Of a DNA stretch of 24,000 nucleotides, positions 14,424-22,596 are shown in pieces. The translations under genes and the position numbers were made by a program. Position 1 is the stretch's first letter. Each line of letters starts with the position of its first letter. The notes beneath the pieces are model-generated. The model saw nothing but the letters and a program-made list of their open reading frames with translations, searched no databases and was not told the DNA's origin. Origin of the DNA: Amaricoccus macauensis (GTDB lineage: Bacteria; Pseudomonadota; Alphaproteobacteria; Rhodobacterales; Rhodobacteraceae); contig NZ_JACHFM010000001.1 of the NCBI RefSeq assembly GCF_014201905.1, positions 610,994-634,993 of the forward strand. Direction: 5' to 3'.

Positions 14424-14446
14424 CGGGACGTTCACCCCGATCCGGA

Positions 14447-16825
14447 TTACTCGATGGTGAACGTCATCTCCGAGACCGCAGCCTTTTCGACATCCTGCTG
14501 GTAGAACGCCTGCGGGCGGCAGCCGAAGTCGGCGTAGAGCTGGAGCTGGTCCTCGTAGTGCGGCGACTTCGTGCCGTCCGGCGCGATGAAGCCGCTCTGG
14601 CCCGGCGGGGTGACGGCGCAGAAGCTGACCTTGCCGTCGAGGAAGCGGACCATGTCGTTCTGCGTGCCGCGGTTCATCGACGTGCTGACCGCGAGCGTCT
14701 CGTCCGCTCCCGCCTGCGGGATGCCGAGGTAGTTGTCGGTCAGGAAGACGTGCTGGTCGAGCGGCGCGAGCCACGTGGCCACGTCCTCGCTGCCGTATTC
14801 CGCGGCGAGGGCCGTGCGCGTCTTGTCGAGGGCGGCGAGCACCACCGTGTCGGGGTCAGCGCCGTTGAAGAAGTCGTAGGTCTGCGGCACGCCGGAGTCC
14901 TCGCCGAGGAGCGCGTTGTTCAAGAGCGCCGACGGCAGGGCGATGCGGACCTGCATGACCTTCGCCGGGATGTCCGGCGCGTCGTCGAGGATGACGTCCG
15001 CGACCATGGTGTCCATCCAGTGGCGCAGGATCGCCACGGCCGGCGAAGTCGCCTTGCCGTCCGCGTTGCGGATCTGGCGGGTGTCCCAGTCGCGCAGCGC
15101 CGCGAGCATCGGCTGGCGCGGATCGTCCGCCGGCAGCGAGGCGGCGGCTTCGAGGATCCGCGGCACGAAATAGCGCGCGTTCACGTCGACGAAGCTCGTC
15201 TCGGGCAGGATGTTCCACGTCTCCTCGGGCGAGAAGCGGTCCTTCGCCTCGATGCGCGACATGATCTCCACCACGCGGTCGGCGGAGGACCACGGGCTGC
15301 CCTCCACGGTCGAGATCACGCCCTTGCCGGAACGGTTGTTCCAGTTGGCGATCCATCCCTGATCCGGGTTGTAGGTCTTCGGCACCTCGGCAAACGGGCG
15401 GGTGCCCTGCCAGTCCATGCTGCCATCGCCAGTCACCGGGATGCGCAGATCCTGCCCTTCCGGCCGCACTGGCAGGTATCCCGGCGAGACGTAGCCGATG
15501 TTGCCGTCGCGGTCGGCGTAGTACCAGTTGATCGTCGTCGCCACGTCCTTCGCGGCGCCAAGCCACTCGTCGTAGCTCTGAGCCTGCGTTGAGCGGATCC
15601 ACGCCATCAGCGTCTGGATCTCGTAGCCCTCCCACGCGCGGTGGAAGGCGAAGGCCCGATCGTGCTCGGCGTCAAAGACGGTGACCACGCCGTACTCGGT
15701 TTCCCAGACATCGAGGGCGATGTCCTCGGCACCCTTGACCTTCAGCGTCTCCTTGCGGAGCGCCATGTCGACCCAGCCGCCGTCATGGCGATACTGGTGC
15801 TCGTTCTCCGGGTTGAGTTCGAGCTGGACGTAATCGTTGACGTCGAGCGGGCCGGCCGTCGAGCCCCACGCGATGGTGCCGTTGGTGCCGAAGAGTACGT
15901 TCGGCACGGCGAAGGGAGTGTTGCCGGTCAGGTCGAAGCCCGCGCCGTGCAGGCCGATGCTGAACACGTAGGACGGGTTGAAGTTGCCGAACTGCGGGCC
16001 GTTGACGAGGATCGTGCTGCCGTCGATGGTCTTCTTCGGCCCGAGGATCCAGAGGTTGCTGGCGCGCGGCCGGTCGTCATCGCCGCCGTCGATCCCGAGG
16101 TCCGCGAGGCCGGCGAAACGGGTGGCGTCGATCGGAGCGGGCTGCGCCGGGGCCTCGGCCTTCTGCTGGTACTGCCCGCCTTCGGGAACCGTCGTCGGTG
16201 CGAGCGGATCCTCGATCCAGAAGATCTGGTTGAAGATCTCGCGGCCCTTTTCCTCGCCGTGCTTTGCCACGAGGCTGTTGAGCACCTTGGCGTTGTTGAG
16301 CTCGGTCGAGTTGCCCGAGAACCGGCCGGCCATGGTGCCGGTGTAGATCATCGCCACGTCGAAATCGGTCCACTCGGTCGGCTCGAAACCGAAATCGGTG
16401 AACTGCTTCGGCAGCAGGTTGGCCTTGTCCGCCATCACCTCGGCGAGGCGCTTGTTGTAGCCGGCGGCATAGCCACGCAGGATGTCGCGCTGCTCGGGCG
16501 GCAGCGCCTCGACCTGCTCGCGGATCTTCGCCTGATCGAAGAAGGCGCGGGTCTTGGTGTCGTAGGCGACGTGATCGGCCCCGAGGATCGAGGAGACCGT
16601 GCCGAGGACGGAGTGGCGGGCCATCTCCATCTGGAAGAGCCGGTCCTCAGCGACGGTATAGCCGAAGCCGGCGTAGAGCCCGTAGACGTCATCGGCGTAG
16701 ACATGGGGAATACCCCAGTCATCACGCAGGATTTTGACGTCAGAGGCGGCATTCGCCGCGATGGGCACGAGTCCGAGGACAAGCGGGATCAGCAGCCTGC
16801 GCATGGCGCGAGCGGTGACGGGCAT
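14447..16825 (-). CDS. pac: Penicillin G acylase-family Ntn-hydrolase precursor (signal peptide, alpha chain, spacer, beta chain), 792 aa
   Basis: The protein is collinear with my recollection of E. coli PGA. The beta-chain N-terminus SNLWILGP..ILVNGPQFGNFNPSYVFSIGLHGAGFDLTGNTPFA parallels [43 protein letters not shown]. The nucleophile Ser256 is codon 16060-16058, which I verified as AGC. Other matches are INWYYADRDGNIGYV, WIANWNN and PPGQSGFIAPDGTKSPHYEDQLQLY. The signal peptide is MPVTARAMRRLLIPLVLGLVPIAANA. A strong SD AGGAGGAA precedes the ATG at 16825. Confidence 0.92.
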   Translation of the reverse strand: MPVTARAMRRLLIPLVLGLVPIAANAASDVKILRDDWGIPHVYADDVYGLYAGFGYTVAEDRLFQMEMARHSVLGTVSSILGADHVAYDTKTRAFFDQAKIREQVEALPPEQRDILRGYAAGYNKRLAEVMADKANLLPKQFTDFGFEPTEWTDFDVAMIYTGTMAGRFSGNSTELNNAKVLNSLVAKHGEEKGREIFNQIFWIEDPLAPTTVPEGGQYQQKAEAPAQPAPIDATRFAGLADLGIDGGDDDRPRASNLWILGPKKTIDGSTILVNGPQFGNFNPSYVFSIGLHGAGFDLTGNTPFAVPNVLFGTNGTIAWGSTAGPLDVNDYVQLELNPENEHQYRHDGGWVDMALRKETLKVKGAEDIALDVWETEYGVVTVFDAEHDRAFAFHRAWEGYEIQTLMAWIRSTQAQSYDEWLGAAKDVATTINWYYADRDGNIGYVSPGYLPVRPEGQDLRIPVTGDGSMDWQGTRPFAEVPKTYNPDQGWIANWNNRSGKGVISTVEGSPWSSADRVVEIMSRIEAKDRFSPEETWNILPETSFVDVNARYFVPRILEAAASLPADDPRQPMLAALRDWDTRQIRNADGKATSPAVAILRHWMDTMVADVILDDAPDIPAKVMQVRIALPSALLNNALLGEDSGVPQTYDFFNGADPDTVVLAALDKTRTALAAEYGSEDVATWLAPLDQHVFLTDNYLGIPQAGADETLAVSTSMNRGTQNDMVRFLDGKVSFCAVTPPGQSGFIAPDGTKSPHYEDQLQLYADFGCRPQAFYQQDVEKAAVSEMTFTIE

Positions 16826-16863
16826 CGATTCCTCCTGGGGAGAGATGGGGTCTTTTCTTGTTG

Positions 16864-16888
16864 GTGGGGAGCCTCACCGGCTCCCCAC
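16864..16888 (-). promoter_or_regulatory. Perfect 10-bp hairpin in the 68-nt paaZ-acylase spacer
   Basis: GTGGGGAGCC / loop tcacc / GGCTCCCCAC, starting 6 nt after the paaZ stop. On the minus-strand transcript an A-rich tract follows, not a U-rich one. It is more likely an RNA-stability or processing element, or a weak terminator, than a classical terminator. Confidence 0.35.
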
Positions 16889-16893
16889 GTGTA

Positions 16894-18963
16894 CTACGCC
16901 GCCGGCGGCCAGGTCTTGGCGACCATGGTGAGGACGTCGTACTGGGCGACGAGGGCGCCGTCGGCCTTGGTCACCTGGCAATCCCAGCGGACTTCGCCAT
17001 GCTCGGCGCTGGCGCGGGGATTGATCTCCTTGCAGGTCAGGCGGACGCCGAGGACGTCGCCCGGGTAGACCGGCGTCAGGAACCGCAGGTTGTCGACGCC
17101 GTAGTTGGCGAGGACCGGACCCGGCGCCGGATCGACGAAGAGCCCGGCCGCGAAGGAGACGATCAGGTAGCCGTGGGCGACGCGGCCGTCGAAGAACGGG
17201 TTCGCCTTGGCAGCTTCCTCGTCCATGTGGGCGTAGAAGGTGTCGCCGGTGAACTCGGCGAAGTGCTCGATGTCGGCGAGCGTCACCTCACGGGTGGCGG
17301 TGACGAGCTGGTCACCGATGCGGAGTTCGGCGAGCGACTTGCGGAACGGGTGGGTGCCGTCGGTCTGCGCGTCGGCGCCCTCGATCCAGCGGCCGGTGAC
17401 AGCCGAAAGGAGCCGCGGCGCGCCCTGCACCGCGGTGCGCTGCATGTAGTGCTTCACGCCGCGGATGCCGCCCATCTCCTCGCCGCCGCCGGCGCGGCCC
17501 GGGCCGCCGTGGACGAGCACCGGGAGCGGCGAGCCGTGGCCGGTCGAGGTCTTGGCGCTCTGGCGGTTGCCGATGAGGACGCGGCCGTGGAGCGGCGCAA
17601 TGCCCAGGACGACTTCCTCGGCGACCTTCTTGTCGTCGGTGAAGACGGAAGCGACGAGCGAGCCCTTGCCACGTTTCGCCAGCGCGATCGCCTCGTCGAT
17701 GTCGTCGTAGGGCATGACGGTCGAGACCGGGCCGAACGCTTCGACGTCGTGGATGGCGTTCTTGCCGAGCGGGTTGTCGGCGAAGAGGACGACCGGGTTC
17801 AGGAAAGCGCCCTTCTCGGCGTCGCCGGAGGCGACGGTGACCTCGTCGGGGTTGCCCGCGACGATCTCGGCCTCGGCCTGAAGCTCGCGGATGCGGTCGC
17901 GGACTTCCTGGCGCTGGTCGAGGCTCGCGAGCGCGCCCATGCGGGTCGCCTCGTTCGCCGGATCGCCGAGCACGGTCTTGCCGAGCCGGTCGCCGAGCGC
18001 GGCGATCAGCGCCTCGGTGTGGGCGCGCGGCGCGATGACGCGGCGGATGGCGGTGCACTTCTGGCCCGCCTTCACCGTCATCTCGCGGGCGACCTCCTTG
18101 ACGAAGAGGTCGAATTCCGGCGTGCCGGGGCCGGCGTCGGGCCCGAGGATCGAGGCGTTGAGGCTGTCGGCTTCCATGGTGAAGCGGACGGAGTTCTCGA
18201 CGATCGCCGGGGTCGTGCGGAGCTTGCGGCCGGTCCATGCGGAGCCGGTGAAGGTCACCACGTCCTGACCATCGACGTGGTTCAGCAGATCGCCGGTCGA
18301 GCCGGAGATGAGCTGAATCGAGCCTTCGGGCAGGATGCCGGACTCGACGATGCGGCGCACCACGAGTTCGGTCAGGTAGGCGGTCTGGCTCGCCGGCTTC
18401 ACGATCGAGGGCAGGCCCGCGATGAAGGTCGGCGCGACCTTTTCGAGCATCCCCCAGACCGGGAAGTTGAAGGCGTTGATGTGGATCGCGACGCCCTGAA
18501 GCGGCATCAGGATGTGCTGGGCCGAGAAGGAGTTGTCGCGCGAGAGCCGCTCGACGTCGCCGTCGGTCAGCACGCGGGTGTTCGGCAGCTCGCGCCGGGC
18601 CTTGGAGGCGTAGGAGAGCAGTGTCCCTGCCCCGCCCTCGATGTCGATCCAGCTGTCGGTGCGCGTCGCGCCGGTGGCGAAGCTCTCGGCGTAGAACTCG
18701 TCCTTCAGCTCCATGAGCTTCTGGCCGAGAGCCTTCAGCATCAGGGCGCGGTCGTGGAAGGTGAGCTTGCGGAGCTTCGGGCCGACCACGTCGCGGCCGT
18801 AGTCGAGCGCGCCGGCGAAATCGACGCCGGTGCTGTCGATGTGGGCGACCGGCTCACCGGTCGCCGCGTTGAGCAGCGTCTGGCCCTTGCCGGAGCCCTT
18901 GATCCATGCGCCGCCGGCGTAACTTTCGAGGATGCGGGGCCTGGTGGTAACGTCGACAGACAT
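16894..18963 (-). CDS. paaZ: PaaZ, bifunctional oxepin-CoA hydrolase (C-terminal MaoC hydratase domain) / 3-oxo-5,6-dehydrosuberyl-CoA semialdehyde dehydrogenase (N-terminal ALDH), 689 aa (start re-called)
   Basis: The ALDH catalytic context is KAGQKCTAIRRVIAP and the Glu context is FTMEADSLNAS. The C-terminal MaoC motif is FAEFTGDTFYAHMDEEAAKANPFFDGRVAHGYL. I place the start at the ATG at 18963, preceded by GAAGGAGAGAGACCCCAT. The tracked start at 19002 lacks an SD and overlaps the upstream gene. Confidence 0.92.
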   Translation of the reverse strand: MSVDVTTRPRILESYAGGAWIKGSGKGQTLLNAATGEPVAHIDSTGVDFAGALDYGRDVVGPKLRKLTFHDRALMLKALGQKLMELKDEFYAESFATGATRTDSWIDIEGGAGTLLSYASKARRELPNTRVLTDGDVERLSRDNSFSAQHILMPLQGVAIHINAFNFPVWGMLEKVAPTFIAGLPSIVKPASQTAYLTELVVRRIVESGILPEGSIQLISGSTGDLLNHVDGQDVVTFTGSAWTGRKLRTTPAIVENSVRFTMEADSLNASILGPDAGPGTPEFDLFVKEVAREMTVKAGQKCTAIRRVIAPRAHTEALIAALGDRLGKTVLGDPANEATRMGALASLDQRQEVRDRIRELQAEAEIVAGNPDEVTVASGDAEKGAFLNPVVLFADNPLGKNAIHDVEAFGPVSTVMPYDDIDEAIALAKRGKGSLVASVFTDDKKVAEEVVLGIAPLHGRVLIGNRQSAKTSTGHGSPLPVLVHGGPGRAGGGEEMGGIRGVKHYMQRTAVQGAPRLLSAVTGRWIEGADAQTDGTHPFRKSLAELRIGDQLVTATREVTLADIEHFAEFTGDTFYAHMDEEAAKANPFFDGRVAHGYLIVSFAAGLFVDPAPGPVLANYGVDNLRFLTPVYPGDVLGVRLTCKEINPRASAEHGEVRWDCQVTKADGALVAQYDVLTMVAKTWPPAA

Positions 18964-18979
18964 ATGGGGTCTCTCTCCT

Positions 18980-19747
18980 TCAGGCGAGGCCGAGGGGCGC
19001 AAGCGTCTCCTGAACCTTTGCGGTCCAGTCGGCGAGCAGCTCTTCGTTCGTGCGGCGACGGAGGCCGAAACGCTTCTGGGTCTCGAAGCGGGCGGAGTTC
19101 ATGGTGCCGAAGCTGTCGGCAACTCTGGGCTGCCAGTAGTCGATCGACGCCTTCGCGGCGGCGCGCCCCTCGTCGGTGGCGGCGATGTCGGTGAGGCCGG
19201 TGATGCCGAGCTCGGTGTGGCGCTTCTCGCGGGGAACGATCGAGCGGAAGACGTCGGCGAGCGGGGCGTAGGAGACGCGGCTCATCTCGTCGAGCGTCAC
19301 GCCGGCGGCGAGGCCCTGGAGGACGTTCATCACCACCGCGTCCACCCAGCCCTCGATGGGATAGTGGAAGACGGCGAGGCGCATGTCGCTGCCGTGCCGG
19401 GCCTGGCCGAGGCTGGCGTCGCGCGGCAGGCGGTCGGCCCACGCGGCCTGCGTGGCGTAACGGCCCTCGTCGGCACCGAAGTCGCCCATGAGGTCGAGCA
19501 CCCGGCCGGCGTGATCGGCCTTTTCCAGCGTGATCTTGCAGGCAGCGATGCGCGCGGTGATGCCGGGGGCGTTGTTGATCGTGTCGGCGAAACCGGCGGA
19601 GGCCGCCAGCTCGCTGTCGACGAAACTTGCCATCAGGCGCAGGAGTTCACCGCGGTAGCGGGCGGGAACGTTGCCGGGAGAGGTGAGCTGGCCGCCCTGG
19701 GCCAGGTAGTCCTCGATCGGCATCGCAGTTTCGGTCGCGTCGGACAT
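18980..19747 (-). CDS. Extra PaaA/PaaC-family (ferritin-like four-helix-bundle) protein, 255 aa (start re-called)
   Basis: The real protein begins MSDATETAMPIEDYLAQGG at the ATG at 19747, with SD GGGAGAGGGAA, 11 nt after the paaE stop. The tracked 421-aa ORF adds an Arg-rich extension overlapping paaE in another frame. By eye it aligns to the PaaA of this window: IVPREKRHTELG against [12 protein letters not shown], and TLEKADH against VQDEAGH. The family assignment rests on these motifs and on context, not on a search. Confidence 0.65.
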   Translation of the reverse strand: MSDATETAMPIEDYLAQGGQLTSPGNVPARYRGELLRLMASFVDSELAASAGFADTINNAPGITARIAACKITLEKADHAGRVLDLMGDFGADEGRYATQAAWADRLPRDASLGQARHGSDMRLAVFHYPIEGWVDAVVMNVLQGLAAGVTLDEMSRVSYAPLADVFRSIVPREKRHTELGITGLTDIAATDEGRAAAKASIDYWQPRVADSFGTMNSARFETQKRFGLRRRTNEELLADWTAKVQETLAPLGLA

Positions 19748-19758
19748 TTCCCTCTCCC

Positions 19759-20832
19759 TTACTGGTCGTAGCTGACGACGACCTTGTCGCTCAGCGGGAA
19801 GCACTGGCAGGTGAGCACGTAGCCCTGCTTGACTTCGTAGTCCTCGAGCGCGTGGTTGATGGCCATTTCGGTCTCGCCTTCCAGCACCTTGGCGCGGCAG
19901 GTCGAGCAGACGCCGGCCTTGCAGGCGTAGGGCGCATCGAGGTTGGCCTCGAGGGCTGCGTCGAGCAGGCTCTGGCCTTCCTTCGGCATGCGGAAGGTGC
20001 GGGTGGCACCGTCGAGCGTCACGGTCGCCTCGGTGGTGTTCGAGGTCGAGACCTCGGACGAGACGACGCGCTTCTTCGCGCGGCCCGGCTGGCCGGAGGC
20101 GAAGAGCTCGAACTTGATCTGCTCGTCGGCGAGCCCGTGCTCCTTCAACGCACCGGCGATCGCCAGCATCATCGGCTCGGGGCCGCAGATGAACGCGGTC
20201 GAGACCGACGGCAGGTCGATCCAGACGTTGAAGAGCTGCGCGCACTTCTCCGCATCGACGCGGCCGGAGAAGAGGTCGATGTCCTGCGCCTCGGATTCGA
20301 GGACGTGGATGATCGAGAGCCGGCCGAGGTAGCGGTTCTTCAGGTCCTCGAGCTCCTCGCGGAACATGATCGAGCTGATCTGCCGGTTGGCGTAGACGAG
20401 GGTGAAGGTCGAGCTCGGCTCGGACGCGAGCACGGTCTTGATGATCGAGAGCACCGGCGTGATGCCCGAGCCCCCGGCGAAGCCAAGGTAGTTCTTGGCA
20501 ACCTCCGGCTCGATCGGCGTGAAGAAGCGGCCCATGGGCGGCATCGCTTCAAGGGTGGTGCCGGCCTTCAGCTCTTCGTTGGCCCAGGTCGAGAAGGCGC
20601 CGCCGTCGACGCGCTTGATGCCAACCTGAAGGAAGCCGTCGCCCTTGCCGGCGCAGATCGAATAGCTGCGGCGCAGCTCGTCATCGTCGAACTTGCGGCG
20701 GAAGGTGAGGTACTGGCCCTGGGTGAAGTCGAAGAGCGCGGCGTCCTCGCCACGGGGCTTCAGGGTGACCACGACGGCGTCGCGCGTTTCCTTGCGGACG
20801 TCGACAACATCTAGGGAATGGAAGCGTGCCAT
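19759..20832 (-). CDS. paaE: PaaE, epoxidase reductase subunit (FNR-like FAD/NAD(P)H domains plus a C-terminal plant-type 2Fe-2S ferredoxin), 357 aa
   Basis: N-terminus FHSLDVVDVRKETRDAVVVTL, FAD motif RSYSIC, NAD motif GFAGGSGITP, and the C-terminal cluster motif CKAGVCSTCRAK...C. Confidence 0.93.
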   Translation of the reverse strand: MARFHSLDVVDVRKETRDAVVVTLKPRGEDAALFDFTQGQYLTFRRKFDDDELRRSYSICAGKGDGFLQVGIKRVDGGAFSTWANEELKAGTTLEAMPPMGRFFTPIEPEVAKNYLGFAGGSGITPVLSIIKTVLASEPSSTFTLVYANRQISSIMFREELEDLKNRYLGRLSIIHVLESEAQDIDLFSGRVDAEKCAQLFNVWIDLPSVSTAFICGPEPMMLAIAGALKEHGLADEQIKFELFASGQPGRAKKRVVSSEVSTSNTTEATVTLDGATRTFRMPKEGQSLLDAALEANLDAPYACKAGVCSTCRAKVLEGETEMAINHALEDYEVKQGYVLTCQCFPLSDKVVVSYDQ

Positions 20833-20851
20833 TTTTCGTGTCCTTGTCCGC

Positions 20852-21370
20852 TCAGATGCACTTGAAATAGTCGAAGGGTTCCAGGCAGTCGTCGCAGCGG
20901 TAGCTGGCCTTGCAAGGCGTCGAGCCGAACTGGCTCACTCTGGTCGTCTTCGTGGAGCCGCACCGCGGGCAGGCGACGGCGAGGTTGCCGCCAGCCATCC
21001 GGTTCGCGCGGGCGACGATGCGACCGTCGGCGGCGGTCCCGTCGATCGGCGGGGCGATGCCGTAAGCGCGCAGCTTCTCGCGTCCTTCGGCGCTGATCCA
21101 GTCGGTCGTCCACGGGGGCGAGAGCTGGCGCTTGAGTGTCAGCTTCTCGACGCCCCGCTCACGAAGCGCCGTCTCGATGTCGAGATTGATGATCGTAGTG
21201 GCCGGGCACCCGGAATAGGTCGGTGTGACGGTGACGACGAGGGTCTCGTCGTCCCAGGCGACATCGCGGATGATGCCGAGATCGGTGAGCGAGATCACCG
21301 GGATCTCCGGATCGGGGACATGGCTCAGCCAGTCCCAGACCTCGGCGGTGCTGGGGTGCGTAGCTGTCAT
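20852..21370 (-). CDS. paaD: PaaD, epoxidase accessory subunit (DUF59/MIP18-like domain plus a C-terminal Cys-rich region), 172 aa
   Basis: VWDWLSHVPDPEIPVISLTDLGIIRDV and TPTYSGCPAT are PaaD hallmarks. The C-terminal CPRCGS...CDDC zinc-ribbon-like motif is present. Confidence 0.9.
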   Translation of the reverse strand: MTATHPSTAEVWDWLSHVPDPEIPVISLTDLGIIRDVAWDDETLVVTVTPTYSGCPATTIINLDIETALRERGVEKLTLKRQLSPPWTTDWISAEGREKLRAYGIAPPIDGTAADGRIVARANRMAGGNLAVACPRCGSTKTTRVSQFGSTPCKASYRCDDCLEPFDYFKCI

Positions 21371-21385
21371 CGATGGAACCCGTCC

Positions 21386-22237
21386 TTACCAGTTGCAGCC
21401 GGGATAGGCGCGCTGGAGGAACTGCATTTCCGCGAGGATGAAGCCGAGATGCTCGGTATGGACTCCGTTCTTGCCGCCCTTGTGGGAGAAGGTCGACTCC
21501 GGGATCGTGAGCGTCGCCTCGCCGAGCACGTCGCGGACCGTCGCTTCCCACGCGGCGCGCAGGGATTCGGGGTTGGGCGCGATGCCAGCGGCCGCGACTT
21601 CGCGGTCCTTGTCGTCCGCGACAAACATCTCGCCGGTATAGGCCCAGAGCGCGTCGAGCGCATCCTGCATCCTGCGGCGGCTCTCGTCGGTCCCGTCGCC
21701 GAGGCGGATCACCAGATCCGACGACCGCTCGAGGTGGTAGGCGACTTCCTTCGAGGCCTTCGCCGCGATCTCGGCGACGCGGGGGTCGCTCGATCCCTGC
21801 AGCGCCTTCAGCAACTCGAAGTGGAAGGCATCGAACAGGAACTGCCGCATCAGCGTGTGGCCGAAATCACCGTTCGGGCGCTCGACGATCAGCAGGTTGC
21901 GGAAGTCCCAGGCGTCGCGGAGATACGCGAGGTCATCGGCGCTGCGGCCCTTGCCCTCGACTTCACCGGCGAGGCCGAGCCACATCTGCGTCTGACCGAT
22001 CAGGTCGAGCGACACGTTGGCGAGCGCGATGTCTTCCTCGAGCGCCGGCGAATGGCCGCACCACTCGGAGACGCGGTGGCCGAGGATCAGCGTCGCGTCG
22101 CCAAGACGGAGCAGCACCTCGAAGAATGCCTCCTGCCCGGCATCGGGCTTCGGGATCTCGGTGTGATGGGTGTGAGCCGCCGCGCTGCGCGCAAGCTCCG
22201 CCACATCGGGGGTGGTCATGTCCGGAAGCGACGGCAT
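21386..22237 (-). CDS. paaC: PaaC, non-catalytic structural subunit of the epoxidase, 283 aa
   Basis: LLRLGDATLILGHRVSEWCGHSPALEEDIALANVSLDLIGQ is typical PaaC, and the iron-binding His is absent. The ATG at 22237 lies 1 nt after the paaB stop (translational coupling). Met7 at 22219 is an alternative start. Confidence 0.9.
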   Translation of the reverse strand: MPSLPDMTTPDVAELARSAAAHTHHTEIPKPDAGQEAFFEVLLRLGDATLILGHRVSEWCGHSPALEEDIALANVSLDLIGQTQMWLGLAGEVEGKGRSADDLAYLRDAWDFRNLLIVERPNGDFGHTLMRQFLFDAFHFELLKALQGSSDPRVAEIAAKASKEVAYHLERSSDLVIRLGDGTDESRRRMQDALDALWAYTGEMFVADDKDREVAAAGIAPNPESLRAAWEATVRDVLGEATLTIPESTFSHKGGKNGVHTEHLGFILAEMQFLQRAYPGCNW

Positions 22238-22238
22238 C

Positions 22239-22523
22239 TTACATGTGCCCCACTTCTTCAGGGATGTCGTAGAACGTCGGGTGGCGATAGACCTTGGAGT
22301 TCGCGGGCTCGAAGAGCGGCCCCTTATCCGACGGGCTCGACGCGGCGATTTCGCCCGACTTCACGACCCAGATCGACACGCCCTCGTTGCGGCGGGTGTA
22401 GACGTCGCGGGCGTTGTTGATCGCCATTTCGGCGTCGGGAGCGTGCAGGCTGCCGACGTGGCGGTGATTAAGCCCGTGCTGGCCCCGGATGAAGACTTCC
22501 CAGAGCGGCCATTCCTTGGACAT
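22239..22523 (-). CDS. paaB: PaaB, small epoxidase subunit, 94 aa (start re-called)
   Basis: MSKEWPLWEVFIRGQHGLNHRHVGSLHAPDAEMAINNARDVYTRR is the conserved PaaB sequence. The ATG at 22523 is preceded by GGGAGAGAACAA. The tracked 145-aa ORF adds a spurious Arg/Pro-rich leader. Confidence 0.93.
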   Translation of the reverse strand: MSKEWPLWEVFIRGQHGLNHRHVGSLHAPDAEMAINNARDVYTRRNEGVSIWVVKSGEIAASSPSDKGPLFEPANSKVYRHPTFYDIPEEVGHM

Positions 22524-22596
22524 TTGTTCTCTCCCTAACTCGCAGGGGTCGGGCCTTTTGCCGGCCCGGCCTTTTGGCTTGCTTGTCGGCGCGCCG

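Noticed and set aside
16894-18963. Idea that the PaaZ copy is a PaaZ2-like variant with a dead ALDH domain that shunts flux to tropone or tropodithietic-acid-type products, as described in some roseobacters
   Set aside because: The catalytic Cys context (GQKCTAIRR), the Glu context and the MaoC motif all appear intact. No tda-like genes are visible in the window.
16858-19194. 778-aa plus-strand ORF. Similar long ORFs are at 20693..22420 (+), 14396..15592 (+), 15641..17068 (+), 10176..11924 (-) and 9018..10034 (-)
   Set aside because: Each is the mirror frame of a confidently identified gene (paaZ, paaD/paaC, the acylase, paaK, paaG) and has low-complexity Arg/Gly/Asp-rich translations.
22524-22596. 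73-nt paaA-paaB spacer with a short hairpin (CGGGCC / GGCCCG), considered as an sRNA or attenuator
   Set aside because: The stem is only 6 bp with a 7-nt loop in GC-rich DNA, which is easily a chance occurrence. A spacer of this size between paaA and paaB is unremarkable, and the paaB SD is intact.
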